Shown: positions 29,185 to 39,966, counted from the stretch's first letter. The stretch: DNA of 63,048 nucleotides from a virus (IMGVR_UViG_3300036884_000169:1-63048); one strand, 5' to 3'. The notes: a model not told the origin generated them from the letters alone. Numbers and translations are program-made.

Positions 29185-30096
29185 ATGCCAGGCGGGCCAA
29201 TAAACGGAAGCGGAATATACGGCTCTGGGCTAACGGAGCAGAATAACCCTGGGGGTACCCCTGCGGCTACTATCATAGTGTCCACCGTGCTACAGATAAG
29301 CGCTGATGTCGTAGACTCATTTGCGAATATTACCTGTGTGTATGATAGGTACTGGTATGCTCGACACGACATGATGACATTGCCGTTATGCTTTTTCTAT
29401 GTAAAAAATATTAGTGAAGTCATGCAGACCGACGTATCGGAGCAACGCATTATTTTATACGAACCTCAAATGTCTAATGCTGACGCGATAATGAAAAAGC
29501 TCGCTGACCCGATCCGCCCTGGCGCCCAGGAAGTTATTGTAGATAATTCCTGCATAAAACCAAAGGTCTATAACCTTGATATTATTCTGCCCTTCCAACC
29601 ATTCAGTAAGCAAATGGCCCGGACGGTGAATGAAGCAGAGCAGGTAACGGCTGCGATGATGGAGATATTTACGGGTACTGGTAACATTGCGCTCCCCATA
29701 TCCCCGTACCAAATATTCGAGGGATTTTCAAAGACGGCGGCAGTGTTCAGTGACAATCCAGGGGCTAAGTACATCAATAAGAACTCTCTTGAAGCTATGT
29801 GGGAAAGACAAAAAGTGCTTACGATGAAGATGTGGACGGGGCGCGACTACAAGTATGTTCAAATAGTAAACTTAGAAATAAAAAAAGAAGGTACTGAGGA
29901 TGACGTGTTTCGCGCTACAATGCAGGTAAAGGAGCGCCCTGTGCTTACTATGACTCCTGCGACCGACGCCGATCTTCCCAGTACGATAGACAGAAACTGG
30001 GCAGCGCAGGCACTTGCATACTCAGGAGAAACATTCTCCCGTGCTGCGGCTGAGTTTCTTGGGGTAAGAGAAGCTTCTGGTGCTCCCCTTGTGTAA
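29185..30096 (+). CDS. Baseplate/distal tail protein
   Basis: Follows the tape measure gene. L..MW.....LT...G..Y..V.I pattern. Confidence 0.55.
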   Translation: MPGGPINGSGIYGSGLTEQNNPGGTPAATIIVSTVLQISADVVDSFANITCVYDRYWYARHDMMTLPLCFFYVKNISEVMQTDVSEQRIILYEPQMSNADAIMKKLADPIRPGAQEVIVDNSCIKPKVYNLDIILPFQPFSKQMARTVNEAEQVTAAMMEIFTGTGNIALPISPYQIFEGFSKTAAVFSDNPGAKYINKNSLEAMWERQKVLTMKMWTGRDYKYVQIVNLEIKKEGTEDDVFRATMQVKERPVLTMTPATDADLPSTIDRNWAAQALAYSGETFSRAAAEFLGVREASGAPLV

Positions 30097-30110
30097 GAAA
30101 GGATAAAGAA

Positions 30111-30428
30111 ATGAATGTAGTATTGCTTAATAAAAACTTTGTGAATAATAAACTGGTGGTGGGGTACGGAACACGCCAACAGGCCACGTTCACTATTGTG
30201 GATGAGGCGTTCCAGGGGAATAATAATCTCGGTACTATCAACCGTGTCACATGCCTGATCCAACAGTTTGATGCGACGGGGAATGCTGTATCGTCAAATA
30301 TGCTTATGCCGATAATTGGTATAGGTGACAATACAATCATGGTCATGTGTGATAATAAAGTACTACGAGGCACCCCACTCACCCACGACAATATGGAGCA
30401 GTGCACCGTGGATTTGAAAGAGGTTTAG
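30111..30428 (+). CDS. Small baseplate protein
   Basis: Position. Confidence 0.5.
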   Translation: MNVVLLNKNFVNNKLVVGYGTRQQATFTIVDEAFQGNNNLGTINRVTCLIQQFDATGNAVSSNMLMPIIGIGDNTIMVMCDNKVLRGTPLTHDNMEQCTVDLKEV

Positions 30429-30431
30429 TGC

Positions 30432-32330
30432 ATGGCAAACCAACCATCGGTTATAAGATCAGGTGTAAAAACCGGTCAACAAACCGTAGAAATGACTGCA
30501 AACGACCTCGACAACAGGATTATAAATATCCGGTTTATTCATAAACCTTTAGTAGAAGGTGGCGTGCAAAAGACATTCACCCTACGCTCTGATTATGAAG
30601 TCGTGTACGATAAGAATGGTACGGGGTTTAGCTATCAGGTATGCAAACAAAAACCCGCAATACGCATATCGTATAGTCTGGTATCAAGTAAAACAATCAC
30701 AGAACTTGATATTGATATAACTAATCTTTTTATAAAAGATTTAGCAGGCGTAGAGCGGGCTAACGGGGTCATAGAAACCGTGCAAGTACAAGTCGGGTAT
30801 ATGAGCCAGATGCCAAACTGGGAGTCAGACCCAGTATGGAGCAAGAAACCAATATCGAGTTTCTACGCATTGGAAGACAGTCAAATTACCACAAGCACAG
30901 ACGATAGAGTAACATCAGCATGGATTACCGCCAGAGTGCTCACAATACAACGCATAAGTATGCCTCCTGATATGGTGACGCGAGTGCAGTGTGTGGTAGG
31001 CTCATTGGCACACGGGCTGCGGTGGGTGGCAGACGGCGCAAGCACTATCGAGTATAAAAGCACGGACAAAAGTTCACTGTGGGATGGGAAAGAGCCACGG
31101 AATAACCTTCCGGCTACATTCTTTGAGACAATCACACGGCGCTTTATACGGTCAGGTATTACACATACCGTCGTTGCGAATGAATACATTGTTCCGCCTG
31201 ATTATGCGGTAATCGCCGGTGCCAAACCTTCTATGCAGCAGACGGTAACAATATACGAAGAACCAGACAAGCCTAACACACTAACGCTCCAACAAGGAAA
31301 AATGAGTGTTGAAGATGCGAACAAATACGGTGTTATTATATATATGTCGAAAGTATTGTGGGAGTATACTATTGACGAGCTTCCTTTGTGGGGAATGACG
31401 GATGCTGAGCTGGCCAACGTAAAACCTATAACGCATCCAATATTCATGGAGCAGTTAGACATTGTTACCGCACAGTTAAAAGCAATAACCGACCAGTACC
31501 CATTCATATGCCAAATATTACTGGCGAATGGAAATTACTATCTATACCATGTTAGGGAATCGGATAATGATCTATTCCGCGATCCGTTTGTGAACATGAA
31601 ACAGAATAAGCGTATCTATAAACTCCCTGCGGTATATGACATCACATGGTCTGGCACCAGAACAATCCGGGCACCATTTTTTTCTGCTATCGGTCCGATG
31701 GACACTGTTGCTTTCCAGTCCAAGTATGTGCTGAATGATCTTGTTGGTGACTATTACCAGCCTCAGCCTAAGAATAACTGTTATCTGGTATTTATGGTCG
31801 AGATAGTGTTTGCCACCGTTGGGAAAGAAAATATGATGACATTAAGTTGCATTGATATTGAAGGTGAGTACACACCAAATACCCTGCCGGATGGTAGTAT
31901 ACTTCCAGCTCAGCTGCCTGCGTATGCGGCACCTGCGGTGCGTAATAAGATATGGAAAAAAGTTGACCTTACCGTTGTGTATGTGTACAAAGGAGATGCT
32001 TATACCGTAGACAGAAATTGGGCTTCTATTGTTGATCTACTATTGAAATCTGCGGTGCGATACTACGATAGATGGAAAGATGCCCACGGTGCCCCGCCGA
32101 CTGTGACGCAAGCACTTGACCAATTAAAAGCGTGGAATAACGAATCATCAGACGTATTTTCCAGCGACCGATTATCGAGTGGTACACCATCACCGGAGAC
32201 TGATACATTAGGATACGAAGTACCGTTATTATATGGTAGAGAACGTAACCCGGTCAATCCTGGTGTTGGTGACGTTGTGCATATTCAATATCCATTTCTT
32301 CCCACTTATGACAATAAAGAGGCACTATAA
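30432..32330 (+). CDS. Baseplate hub protein
   Basis: Position. NRIINIRF, I.ITNL and V.VGY pattern. Confidence 0.55.
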   Translation: MANQPSVIRSGVKTGQQTVEMTANDLDNRIINIRFIHKPLVEGGVQKTFTLRSDYEVVYDKNGTGFSYQVCKQKPAIRISYSLVSSKTITELDIDITNLFIKDLAGVERANGVIETVQVQVGYMSQMPNWESDPVWSKKPISSFYALEDSQITTSTDDRVTSAWITARVLTIQRISMPPDMVTRVQCVVGSLAHGLRWVADGASTIEYKSTDKSSLWDGKEPRNNLPATFFETITRRFIRSGITHTVVANEYIVPPDYAVIAGAKPSMQQTVTIYEEPDKPNTLTLQQGKMSVEDANKYGVIIYMSKVLWEYTIDELPLWGMTDAELANVKPITHPIFMEQLDIVTAQLKAITDQYPFICQILLANGNYYLYHVRESDNDLFRDPFVNMKQNKRIYKLPAVYDITWSGTRTIRAPFFSAIGPMDTVAFQSKYVLNDLVGDYYQPQPKNNCYLVFMVEIVFATVGKENMMTLSCIDIEGEYTPNTLPDGSILPAQLPAYAAPAVRNKIWKKVDLTVVYVYKGDAYTVDRNWASIVDLLLKSAVRYYDRWKDAHGAPPTVTQALDQLKAWNNESSDVFSSDRLSSGTPSPETDTLGYEVPLLYGRERNPVNPGVGDVVHIQYPFLPTYDNKEAL

Positions 32331-32331
32331 T

Positions 32332-33453
32332 ATGGATAAATATGGCGCGTTTGATTTTATAAAACACAATACTATGCGCAATATAACACAATGGTTCAAA
32401 CAAATGGACATTGTGTCTTACGGCGTTGTAACAAAAATACTCAGCGATGGTATTGTAGAAGTAGAACGTGTTGTGCGGGATGGCCTTGCGAAAAAAATAT
32501 TACGCGTACCAGTACTCACTACAAACTCTACATTATTCGAGGGGGGTGCGGCACCATCAGAGGGTGATCTGGTATTGTTACTATTTCTCGATAGGTACAA
32601 CCGCAATATGTTCGACGCACCGAAACCACGGCATGACGCGAATAAAAATGATTGGAGTATTAACGACCCCAACGCTATCGGGTACAACCAGTTCTCTGGT
32701 ATAGCAATTCTACTCGGCCCTGCACGGGGTTTTGCTGAGACTGTTGTTAAGCATTACATGCAGGCGGATGTGCCAAATATGTCGGTCCGCAGCCGGGCGA
32801 AAATACAGGCATCGTTTGCGCGTGAAATAAGCGTGATATTTGACGCCATGCCGGAGGGCAGTACCCTGGCGGGTAAGGTAATCAGTTTAATATTTGGCAC
32901 CCACAGTCCTGTCGAACTTGACTATCGTGCCCCCGTAACGCGCCTGCACGGATTCTCAGTAAAACATGACAAAACCCTTGAAGCAGTAGATGCAACCGTT
33001 ACTGAAACGTACTCGCCCAACGCACCGATTATAAAAAACATCCAGGCACCAATCACGGCAAAGATCGGTAAAGGGTATAATACTGCGGGCGATCCTACCA
33101 GCGGGGACAAGGACGTTGACGCAAATATTACTATAACGCTCGGCACGAAGGCTGATATTACGATCAACAGTAAATCAAACTGCTCGGTGACGTTCGACAA
33201 GGCAGTCGTGACGATGAATAAAGACGGCACCATTACTGCCCAGAATGATAATGGGTCGATAATACTTAACTCAGACGGCACGTCAACCCTCAAGACAGCA
33301 AGTAATAGCCTTAAAACTTTGATGGATGATTTGCTCGACACTATTGTTGGTATGTCAACATTTGGCCCGCCCCCACTGCACACTGTACTCCCGGCTGATA
33401 TTGCGAAGTTTCAGGCATTGAAAGCAAAGTTCGATCTTTTATTAAAGGCGTGA
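32332..33453 (+). CDS. Baseplate spike protein
   Basis: N-terminal OB-fold signature P..GDLVLLLFLDR, beta-helix repeats and a C-terminal SL..L...L. Confidence 0.7.
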   Translation: MDKYGAFDFIKHNTMRNITQWFKQMDIVSYGVVTKILSDGIVEVERVVRDGLAKKILRVPVLTTNSTLFEGGAAPSEGDLVLLLFLDRYNRNMFDAPKPRHDANKNDWSINDPNAIGYNQFSGIAILLGPARGFAETVVKHYMQADVPNMSVRSRAKIQASFAREISVIFDAMPEGSTLAGKVISLIFGTHSPVELDYRAPVTRLHGFSVKHDKTLEAVDATVTETYSPNAPIIKNIQAPITAKIGKGYNTAGDPTSGDKDVDANITITLGTKADITINSKSNCSVTFDKAVVTMNKDGTITAQNDNGSIILNSDGTSTLKTASNSLKTLMDDLLDTIVGMSTFGPPPLHTVLPADIAKFQALKAKFDLLLKA

Positions 33454-33456
33454 ATC

Positions 33457-33690
33457 ATGGCATTAGTAGTAAGTACCTTAGAAACAGCCATTAAGGCAAT
33501 CCACACGGCAATGTCTGCCGGTAGTGGGCTATCCCCGGATCAGTACGCGGAACAACTGGCCGCTGCCATTGATACCTACATTAAGACCGCAACCGTTACC
33601 ACGCCACTGGGTGTGCCGGTTGCGACAACTGGTTCTCCTTCGGCTCAGACTGGGGCCACAACAGCACCGGGTATTGGCACCATATCGTAG
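33457..33690 (+). CDS. Small spike-associated protein
   Basis: LA.AID.YIK.A.V....G..V.T.G motif directly after the spike gene. Confidence 0.6.
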   Translation: MALVVSTLETAIKAIHTAMSAGSGLSPDQYAEQLAAAIDTYIKTATVTTPLGVPVATTGSPSAQTGATTAPGIGTIS

Positions 33691-33732
33691 GTAGCACTTG
33701 CGGTATTGCAGTTTGTGATATAATATCAACTT

Positions 33733-34920
33733 ATGGCATTAACCGTTAAATCCATTGATGAAATACTCACCCTGATGGCGGATACCTGGGACGGCCTTAC
33801 CGCGCCGTTTCGTATTTTCCGCAATAATAACAATAAGTTGTGGCTGGTATTCCGGTCAATCGCTGCGGGGTACACGATAATCCAAGATTCCATAATGGCA
33901 CTACATAACCGATTCGACCCCACATCGTGTGCTGACGAGGACTTGTTATCCACGGCAAAGATGGTCGGAACCGACTTCAAAGTCGGTAGCGGCTCGTTGT
34001 TACGCATAACGGTAACGAATAACGCCGTGGGTTCAAAGACCCTCCCTGCCGGGCAGTATAAATACACATCCACCAACGGTGATGTATTCCTGTTCACCCT
34101 TGCGGTTGACTTGGTACTGACCACCCTTGCCGCCTCCGTAATCGCTGCGATGAGTGCAAACAAAGGCTCGTTTCTGGTATCGAGTGTTGCCAGTATCACA
34201 CCAGTGCGCGTAGACGGCGCAGCGATTGATTCGCTCCTGTCATTCTCCTGTGCTGACAATTCCAGCTCACTGGGGTATTCCGATGAGTCCAATTTTGATT
34301 TCCGCACCCGAATCCTGGGCGACACCAACCGCCAGGATGCTGTAGCCGAACTTGAACTGGCGATCCGTAACCTGCCTGGGATACTTGAATGCAATGTGGT
34401 GTTCAACCCAAATAATGCTGGCGTATCGTATGACGGCATCACCGTTGGCCCGTTCCAAATACTCATCATACTTACCGGAGCACCCGACGGCACACTGGCC
34501 GATCTGGTAGTGGCCAGTACTATTAACGCCACAAAGATGGTCGATGCAGGAAAAGTTGTACACTACCATGATAGCCATTATTTGGGTGGCCTTTACCCGG
34601 TGTACTACACGAACCACCTGACCGCAGATTTCATACTGGAAATATCCTACCGGTTTGACAGCTCACGCATTTCCCAGATTACCGCCGAAGCGAATCTGAC
34701 GAAAGCCCTGAATGTGTACCGGAATATGTCACAGCACATGGATATTATAACAGAAGAAGATGTCTATACACTGCTGTCTCCGGCGGGGGGAACCAGTGTG
34801 CGGGTTGTGAACGTGGACATTGACGGAGGGAGTGGGCCGATACCATTCCTGGATGTGCCGAAAACGCGCATGGCCAACCTGACTACCGTGACCTTCACCG
34901 GCACCGACATACGGGCGTAG
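33733..34920 (+). CDS. Baseplate J-like wedge protein
   Basis: FDP......L, G..DES..DFRTRI and AI.NLPGI motifs. Extended -10 TGATATAAT upstream. Confidence 0.8.
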   Translation: MALTVKSIDEILTLMADTWDGLTAPFRIFRNNNNKLWLVFRSIAAGYTIIQDSIMALHNRFDPTSCADEDLLSTAKMVGTDFKVGSGSLLRITVTNNAVGSKTLPAGQYKYTSTNGDVFLFTLAVDLVLTTLAASVIAAMSANKGSFLVSSVASITPVRVDGAAIDSLLSFSCADNSSSLGYSDESNFDFRTRILGDTNRQDAVAELELAIRNLPGILECNVVFNPNNAGVSYDGITVGPFQILIILTGAPDGTLADLVVASTINATKMVDAGKVVHYHDSHYLGGLYPVYYTNHLTADFILEISYRFDSSRISQITAEANLTKALNVYRNMSQHMDIITEEDVYTLLSPAGGTSVRVVNVDIDGGSGPIPFLDVPKTRMANLTTVTFTGTDIRA

Positions 34921-34922
34921 CC

Positions 34923-35786
34923 ATGAAACTACCCTTCCGCTTCCACCGTGGCGAGATAAACGGTTTTTTTCTGCTTCGCCTTGCGACGTTCCTTAATTTC
35001 GCCATCGCGGGCATTGTGGAAGAAATAGTGTACTGGGCAAACGTCCAGTTCAAAGTGGTAGTCGAGGTATCAAACAGCATAGAAATGCCGATGCGCGATG
35101 CCGACATTATCGGTATTGGCGTGGTTGCCGGTGTTTTCCCCCTGGTTATGACTGGCGGTGCTTGGGCGGGTGCGGTGCTTCTTACCGAAAGCCATGTGGT
35201 CGGTGGCCAGGATCGTAGCGAGCGCGGGCTATACAACACCGTGACAGAAACGTTCGAGTTCAAGCAGGTAGATAATGATACGTACCCTGCTGACATAAGC
35301 ACCCTGGCGACGCCTGCACTAAAATCAACATTGGTGCCAGCAGGAACCGCTGTCGTTGGGTATGTCGCAGCGGGTACACCACTGTACGATTTGTATGGTG
35401 CAGTGATTTGGGCAAATGTACTATCAACACCCCCAAGTGGTGTTGCCTATGATATATTCTATGGTGAAAACTATTCGACCATGAGTAGTGATGCGTTAGT
35501 AGTCGCCGGTATGCCGATTGAGTTGGTAAAGGCACTCATCGAGGCAATGCAGCGTATACGGTATAACGGACCCACGATCAAGAGCTTGTTTTACGTTACT
35601 GAATTGCTGTGCGGTGCACTCATATCGGACATTAACATTACCAGGAGTGTTGACAACACACATTATGTAATGGCTTACGCGATAGATTTAAGTATAATTA
35701 TTGATAACAAACTTGCCGTGATAAACGCTTGGAAGCAAGTTGTCAAGTCGAAGTTCAAAATATTTGAGCTGTCCGAAATAATATAA
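34923..35786 (+). CDS. Baseplate wedge protein (gpI-like position)
   Basis: Lies between the J-like gene and the fibre gene. Confidence 0.55.
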   Translation: MKLPFRFHRGEINGFFLLRLATFLNFAIAGIVEEIVYWANVQFKVVVEVSNSIEMPMRDADIIGIGVVAGVFPLVMTGGAWAGAVLLTESHVVGGQDRSERGLYNTVTETFEFKQVDNDTYPADISTLATPALKSTLVPAGTAVVGYVAAGTPLYDLYGAVIWANVLSTPPSGVAYDIFYGENYSTMSSDALVVAGMPIELVKALIEAMQRIRYNGPTIKSLFYVTELLCGALISDINITRSVDNTHYVMAYAIDLSIIIDNKLAVINAWKQVVKSKFKIFELSEII

Positions 35787-35799
35787 AAAGGAGCGTACG

Positions 35800-38463
35800 A
35801 TGCCAGGGTACACACCGTCTTTATCTAATGACATCCAGCCCGTGCTGGATAAAGTAACCGCACTCGATGCGAACAAACCCGCGCGGTTTTCGTACACACA
35901 AACCGCGTATGACGAAGATGACGCGGTAAGTCCGAGCAGCTTTAGCCTGTCGAACGAGAATAATATTCCGCCGCCAGACCAGACAAGCTATACTTCAAAT
36001 GTGCTCGACCAGGGAAATCGGGCGCAGTCTGCGTCAATCCCGCGCATGGCTATCAACCATTTCTTTGGCCGATTTAGCTACAATCTGGCAAAACTCACCC
36101 AGCAATTCTTGGCATTCATTGGTATTACCAAGAAGGCATTTGCGCACAACAATGCCGAGTACGACGCTTTACAGGCATACCTTAATGGGGATGTGTGCTA
36201 CGTGACCCGCACCATTCACGGCAGGATTGTCAAGGAAGAGTACAAGAGAACAGGCACGTCTCCTTTGAGCATCACCGGTATTTCACCACTTGCTGTCGGG
36301 CAATCAGACTGGGAAGTAACGAATCCAGCTATTATGCCACTACGGGCGGTAGGGCTACTCATTCCGATGTATATTTATCCCGCAGATATATACACAAACG
36401 CTACCTATAATGCACTGATCGACTTGGCCAAGCAGTATCATGAAGTGCCCATGCACGTAATACTTAACCCGGATAGTGGCCCTGGTAGCGGCGGCATTGA
36501 CGGTAACTACACGGTAGCCATAAAACGACTGCAAGGTGCTGGTATCAAAGTATACGGCTATGTCTACTGCTCGTATGCTACTATCGCACTGTCTACCGTG
36601 CGAGCCGTTATCGCCGCATGGCAGACACGCTACCCTGGCATTGACGGTATATTCCTTGATGAAATGCCCAGTGACGCCGGTAGCGTAGCATATGTGAAGG
36701 CGCTCAAAGAAGCCGCCGCAGTGTGTGCATTCCCGGTGATGATTGGAAACGCGGGTGCAGTATCACCGTACCATTACCTGTACATGGATGCTTGTGCGGT
36801 CGATGTAATCGTGGTGCACGAAAGCAATGTGGTGCCTACCGAGGCAGACCTGAAAGGTGACATGGAAAACGGGTATATGTCCTATGACTACCATAGCCGT
36901 GGGGCGCTGATGTACGCACAACCATCATTCAATTCAGCGTTGTTTAATATGGTCAGCAAGTACGTCGGGATGCTCTACATAACTGATGCTGCCGCAGGGT
37001 GGGCTGTATGGAATACCATATCAGCCTACATGACTTCAATGCTCAGTACTCTGGCTGCTCGTAACGGGTCAATACTGGCAACAGGGTACACGATTGTGCA
37101 ACGGGACTCAGCCGGTAGGAGTCAGATTACCACACCAACGAGCCCACCTGATATTGCAAATAAGGGGTATGTTGACTCAGGCGATGCAACTGTCAAGGCA
37201 TTTTTCACAGGAGCTGGGTTAAATGCCAGTTCACCTTCTTCATCTGATGCAAACGCAGCATCAGTTGGTACAATTATTAGTATAAATGGGACACATGAGG
37301 CATGTGTTGCTGGAAACTGCCCGAATATTGGGTTGGCTCCGACTACTCTAATGTGGTGGAATATTTTTACGTTCGGTACACCAGACAGGGTTACTCAAAT
37401 TGCAAGTCAGGCTTTTAACGGGCAAGGAGATACCGTAAAACTATATGTTAGGAGAGAACATGACTTCACATGGTCATCATGGGAAGTACTGCCTAATAAG
37501 GGGTATGTTGACTCAGGCGATGCAACTGTCAAGGCATATATTGACGCTGAGACAACCAGAGCGATAGGATGCGAATCAACCGAAACATCGGCACGTATAT
37601 CGGGCGATGCAACTGTTAGTTATGACATGACGAATGCAATTGCCAAAATATCAGGATCAATCCAAGCAGGCGCTACTGGATCATCGTATAATCTTGTGGG
37701 TAACAGTACTCCCGAATTATTAGTTAATTCAACAGCCAATCCTTTTACAATAATTTTACCTTCATCATTGCTATGTGTTGGATACAAGGTAAAAATTATC
37801 AATACTGATAACCATAGTAGTGGATTGGTAAAAATCATTCCATTTAGTGGAGAACGAATTGGTGGGCTGGCACCTGACACGGCTATTTATTTGCAAAATG
37901 TTGACCAAAGCGGCTATCCGTATTATTTCCAAAATATCGAACTCGTTGCATCAGTCTCTACGTACTGGGCTGTAACCGGCGGCCAATACATGCCAGAACC
38001 GGGCAGTGCTGATGCTCCGGGTAGTCAGTATTACCTTGGTAAGCTGAGGCATTTGCCGCTTAGGAATGCACTAGATAGGCTTGTTTATAATTCAGCTCCA
38101 CCACCCCGAGATACTTGGTCATCAGCTATTCAAGTATCGGGATTAAATGGAGTTCCAGTTGGAGCAAAAGCAATACGAGCAAAAGTACTAATTACTTGGC
38201 AAGCTAATTACACAGAACTTGGAAATATGGAAATTGGATTTTCAGATAATAATTCAAATATTATTTTTATGGGAACTTCTCACCCCGAGATTTTTAATCA
38301 AGGATATGGATTGGCTGGCAATAGTAATGGTAGCAGTGCTGAAATTGATATTCCATTAAGTCCTTCCGGACAGTTATATATATACACAGTGCAATTATCT
38401 AATAGTATCTATACTAATGATTCATTAATGGTTTCTGTTGTCGGCTACTACATGGGCGACTAA
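35800..38463 (+). CDS. Tail fibre with a spherulin-4/GH135-like glycoside hydrolase domain and a knob domain
   Basis: IPMYIYP, VILNPDSGPG, GYV, IDGIFLDEM and IGNAG motifs. Fibre-type ANKGYVD motifs. Confidence 0.8.
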   Translation: MPGYTPSLSNDIQPVLDKVTALDANKPARFSYTQTAYDEDDAVSPSSFSLSNENNIPPPDQTSYTSNVLDQGNRAQSASIPRMAINHFFGRFSYNLAKLTQQFLAFIGITKKAFAHNNAEYDALQAYLNGDVCYVTRTIHGRIVKEEYKRTGTSPLSITGISPLAVGQSDWEVTNPAIMPLRAVGLLIPMYIYPADIYTNATYNALIDLAKQYHEVPMHVILNPDSGPGSGGIDGNYTVAIKRLQGAGIKVYGYVYCSYATIALSTVRAVIAAWQTRYPGIDGIFLDEMPSDAGSVAYVKALKEAAAVCAFPVMIGNAGAVSPYHYLYMDACAVDVIVVHESNVVPTEADLKGDMENGYMSYDYHSRGALMYAQPSFNSALFNMVSKYVGMLYITDAAAGWAVWNTISAYMTSMLSTLAARNGSILATGYTIVQRDSAGRSQITTPTSPPDIANKGYVDSGDATVKAFFTGAGLNASSPSSSDANAASVGTIISINGTHEACVAGNCPNIGLAPTTLMWWNIFTFGTPDRVTQIASQAFNGQGDTVKLYVRREHDFTWSSWEVLPNKGYVDSGDATVKAYIDAETTRAIGCESTETSARISGDATVSYDMTNAIAKISGSIQAGATGSSYNLVGNSTPELLVNSTANPFTIILPSSLLCVGYKVKIINTDNHSSGLVKIIPFSGERIGGLAPDTAIYLQNVDQSGYPYYFQNIELVASVSTYWAVTGGQYMPEPGSADAPGSQYYLGKLRHLPLRNALDRLVYNSAPPPRDTWSSAIQVSGLNGVPVGAKAIRAKVLITWQANYTELGNMEIGFSDNNSNIIFMGTSHPEIFNQGYGLAGNSNGSSAEIDIPLSPSGQLYIYTVQLSNSIYTNDSLMVSVVGYYMGD

Positions 38464-38483
38464 ATGAAAAAGGAAATAAATAA

Positions 38484-38645
38484 ATGGCAATTTTAAGCAG
38501 AGTCCTACAGAAAATATTCGCATCATCCGCTGGTGCTACAGAAACCGGAGTCATCGGGTCCGAAGACGCTGGAAGCCCCTCGACCTCGTCAAATCTCTTG
38601 ACGATTCAAAGCCTGGCGCAATATTTATCAGGGATAAGCCATTGA
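38484..38645 (+). pseudogene. 53-aa remnant resembling a tail-fibre N-terminus
   Basis: Translated by eye as MAILSRVLQKIFASSAGATETGVIGS...IQSLAQYLSGISH*. AAGGA RBS. Too short for the ORF track. Confidence 0.45.
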
Positions 38646-39532
38646 ACGTGCGAGCAGTATTTTTTATTCTGTTTTTCGTTATGGTGCTGGGGGTAGTTGC
38701 TGCAATAACACCAGCACCTATGCCAAGTCCTGTACCTGATATGTCGATGGTGCAGTATCTTGATACGCATCCTCTTGCTGCATTTGGTATGTGGTTTATC
38801 CTGTTATTTGCTGTATTCAGCGCTACTGTTTTCCTATGGAGAATAGCAGGCATGAAACTACCATTTAATATCAGAAAAGTAAAAATCCCTGGCGGTGTCG
38901 AAGTGGAATTAGATGCGGACGGGAATCCGCGCACCATGTGTGCATTTAACGATATGGCGTTCGATTATGCTGACTATGTTGTTAGGTTAAAGGACCGTGA
39001 AGTTGAATTACTCGATGAGGTAAAACAAAACGCCAGGGAAGCCACTCGACGGCATGTTGATGACTTTATCGCGCAGATTAAAGGGCTTAATCATGAGTAC
39101 TATAACGTTGCAATCGGTAGTAAAACTATCATGCAACGAGATACCCACTTTAATACCATCGTGCGCGGGGATGTAAAATTGATGCTCACCAAGCAACTCT
39201 TGGATATATTCGACCGTAACCATCTTTTGGCAATGGATGATACCGAGTATAAAAATGTAATGGTGGCGAACTACCACCGGGTGAAGCGGCTGGTGTATGC
39301 ATCACTGTCGGAAGATTGGAACCATCCGGCGTACTCGTTTGACGTGTTTCAGCTCGGTATGGAAGAGTTCTCGGCCCGAGGCGAGCGCGATTTTCTTCTG
39401 CTCATGGAGCGTTTCAGAAACCTGGCAAAGAACCGGCGCGAAGTGAAAGAAGAAACTAAGAAGAAAGCTCGGGACGTTCGGCTGTACGCCAAGACTCATG
39501 GGTGCCTGCCTGATTCATGCGCCGATATATAA
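38642..39532 (+). CDS. Membrane protein, possibly lysis-related
   Basis: Two hydrophobic segments followed by a soluble helical domain. Confidence 0.65.
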   Translation: MNVRAVFFILFFVMVLGVVAAITPAPMPSPVPDMSMVQYLDTHPLAAFGMWFILLFAVFSATVFLWRIAGMKLPFNIRKVKIPGGVEVELDADGNPRTMCAFNDMAFDYADYVVRLKDREVELLDEVKQNAREATRRHVDDFIAQIKGLNHEYYNVAIGSKTIMQRDTHFNTIVRGDVKLMLTKQLLDIFDRNHLLAMDDTEYKNVMVANYHRVKRLVYASLSEDWNHPAYSFDVFQLGMEEFSARGERDFLLLMERFRNLAKNRREVKEETKKKARDVRLYAKTHGCLPDSCADI

Positions 39533-39542
39533 GAGGAAAACC

Positions 39543-39941
39543 ATGGACCTGAAAGTAAGCAGAAAAGAAAAGCGTATGCAACCTTCGGGGCCGGTGGAAG
39601 TACTGGTCAGCGATGTTTTCGACCTATACCCGATCCTCAGCCCCACCGACGCGCACCTTATCATGGACGTGGAAATGCTCAATGACCCACGCACCGAACT
39701 GCTGGACCGGGCTATGTTCGCCGCAGTGAAACAGCGTGGGGGCGACCCGATAGAAGCAGGAAGTGGTGTCCAGTGGGCCGAGGCAGTCTTGGGGGAAGTA
39801 CCCACTGCCGTCATCATGGTGCAGGTACAAAACGAAGTGCGGCAGGAAGGCCCAGGGGTGCAGGTAACGTTTGACACCCTCGCCGCCATTACCGGCCAAT
39901 CCTTCTTCCAGTTCGCTATCAAACTGACAAACGCAATTTGA
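39543..39941 (+). CDS. Possible gp25/W-like baseplate protein, displaced from its module
   Basis: Q.G..P.....GV.W...LG pattern. Weak. Confidence 0.4.
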   Translation: MDLKVSRKEKRMQPSGPVEVLVSDVFDLYPILSPTDAHLIMDVEMLNDPRTELLDRAMFAAVKQRGGDPIEAGSGVQWAEAVLGEVPTAVIMVQVQNEVRQEGPGVQVTFDTLAAITGQSFFQFAIKLTNAI

Positions 39942-39966
39942 CTTACCACCCAATCAAGTCTATACT
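39938..39966 (+). promoter_or_regulatory. Sigma70-type promoter
   Basis: TTGACT-17 nt-TATACT. Confidence 0.7.

Noticed and set aside
37159-38463. Diversity-generating retroelement or invertible fibre cassette
   Set aside because: I found no reverse transcriptase, no adenine-specific TR/VR pair and no invertase.
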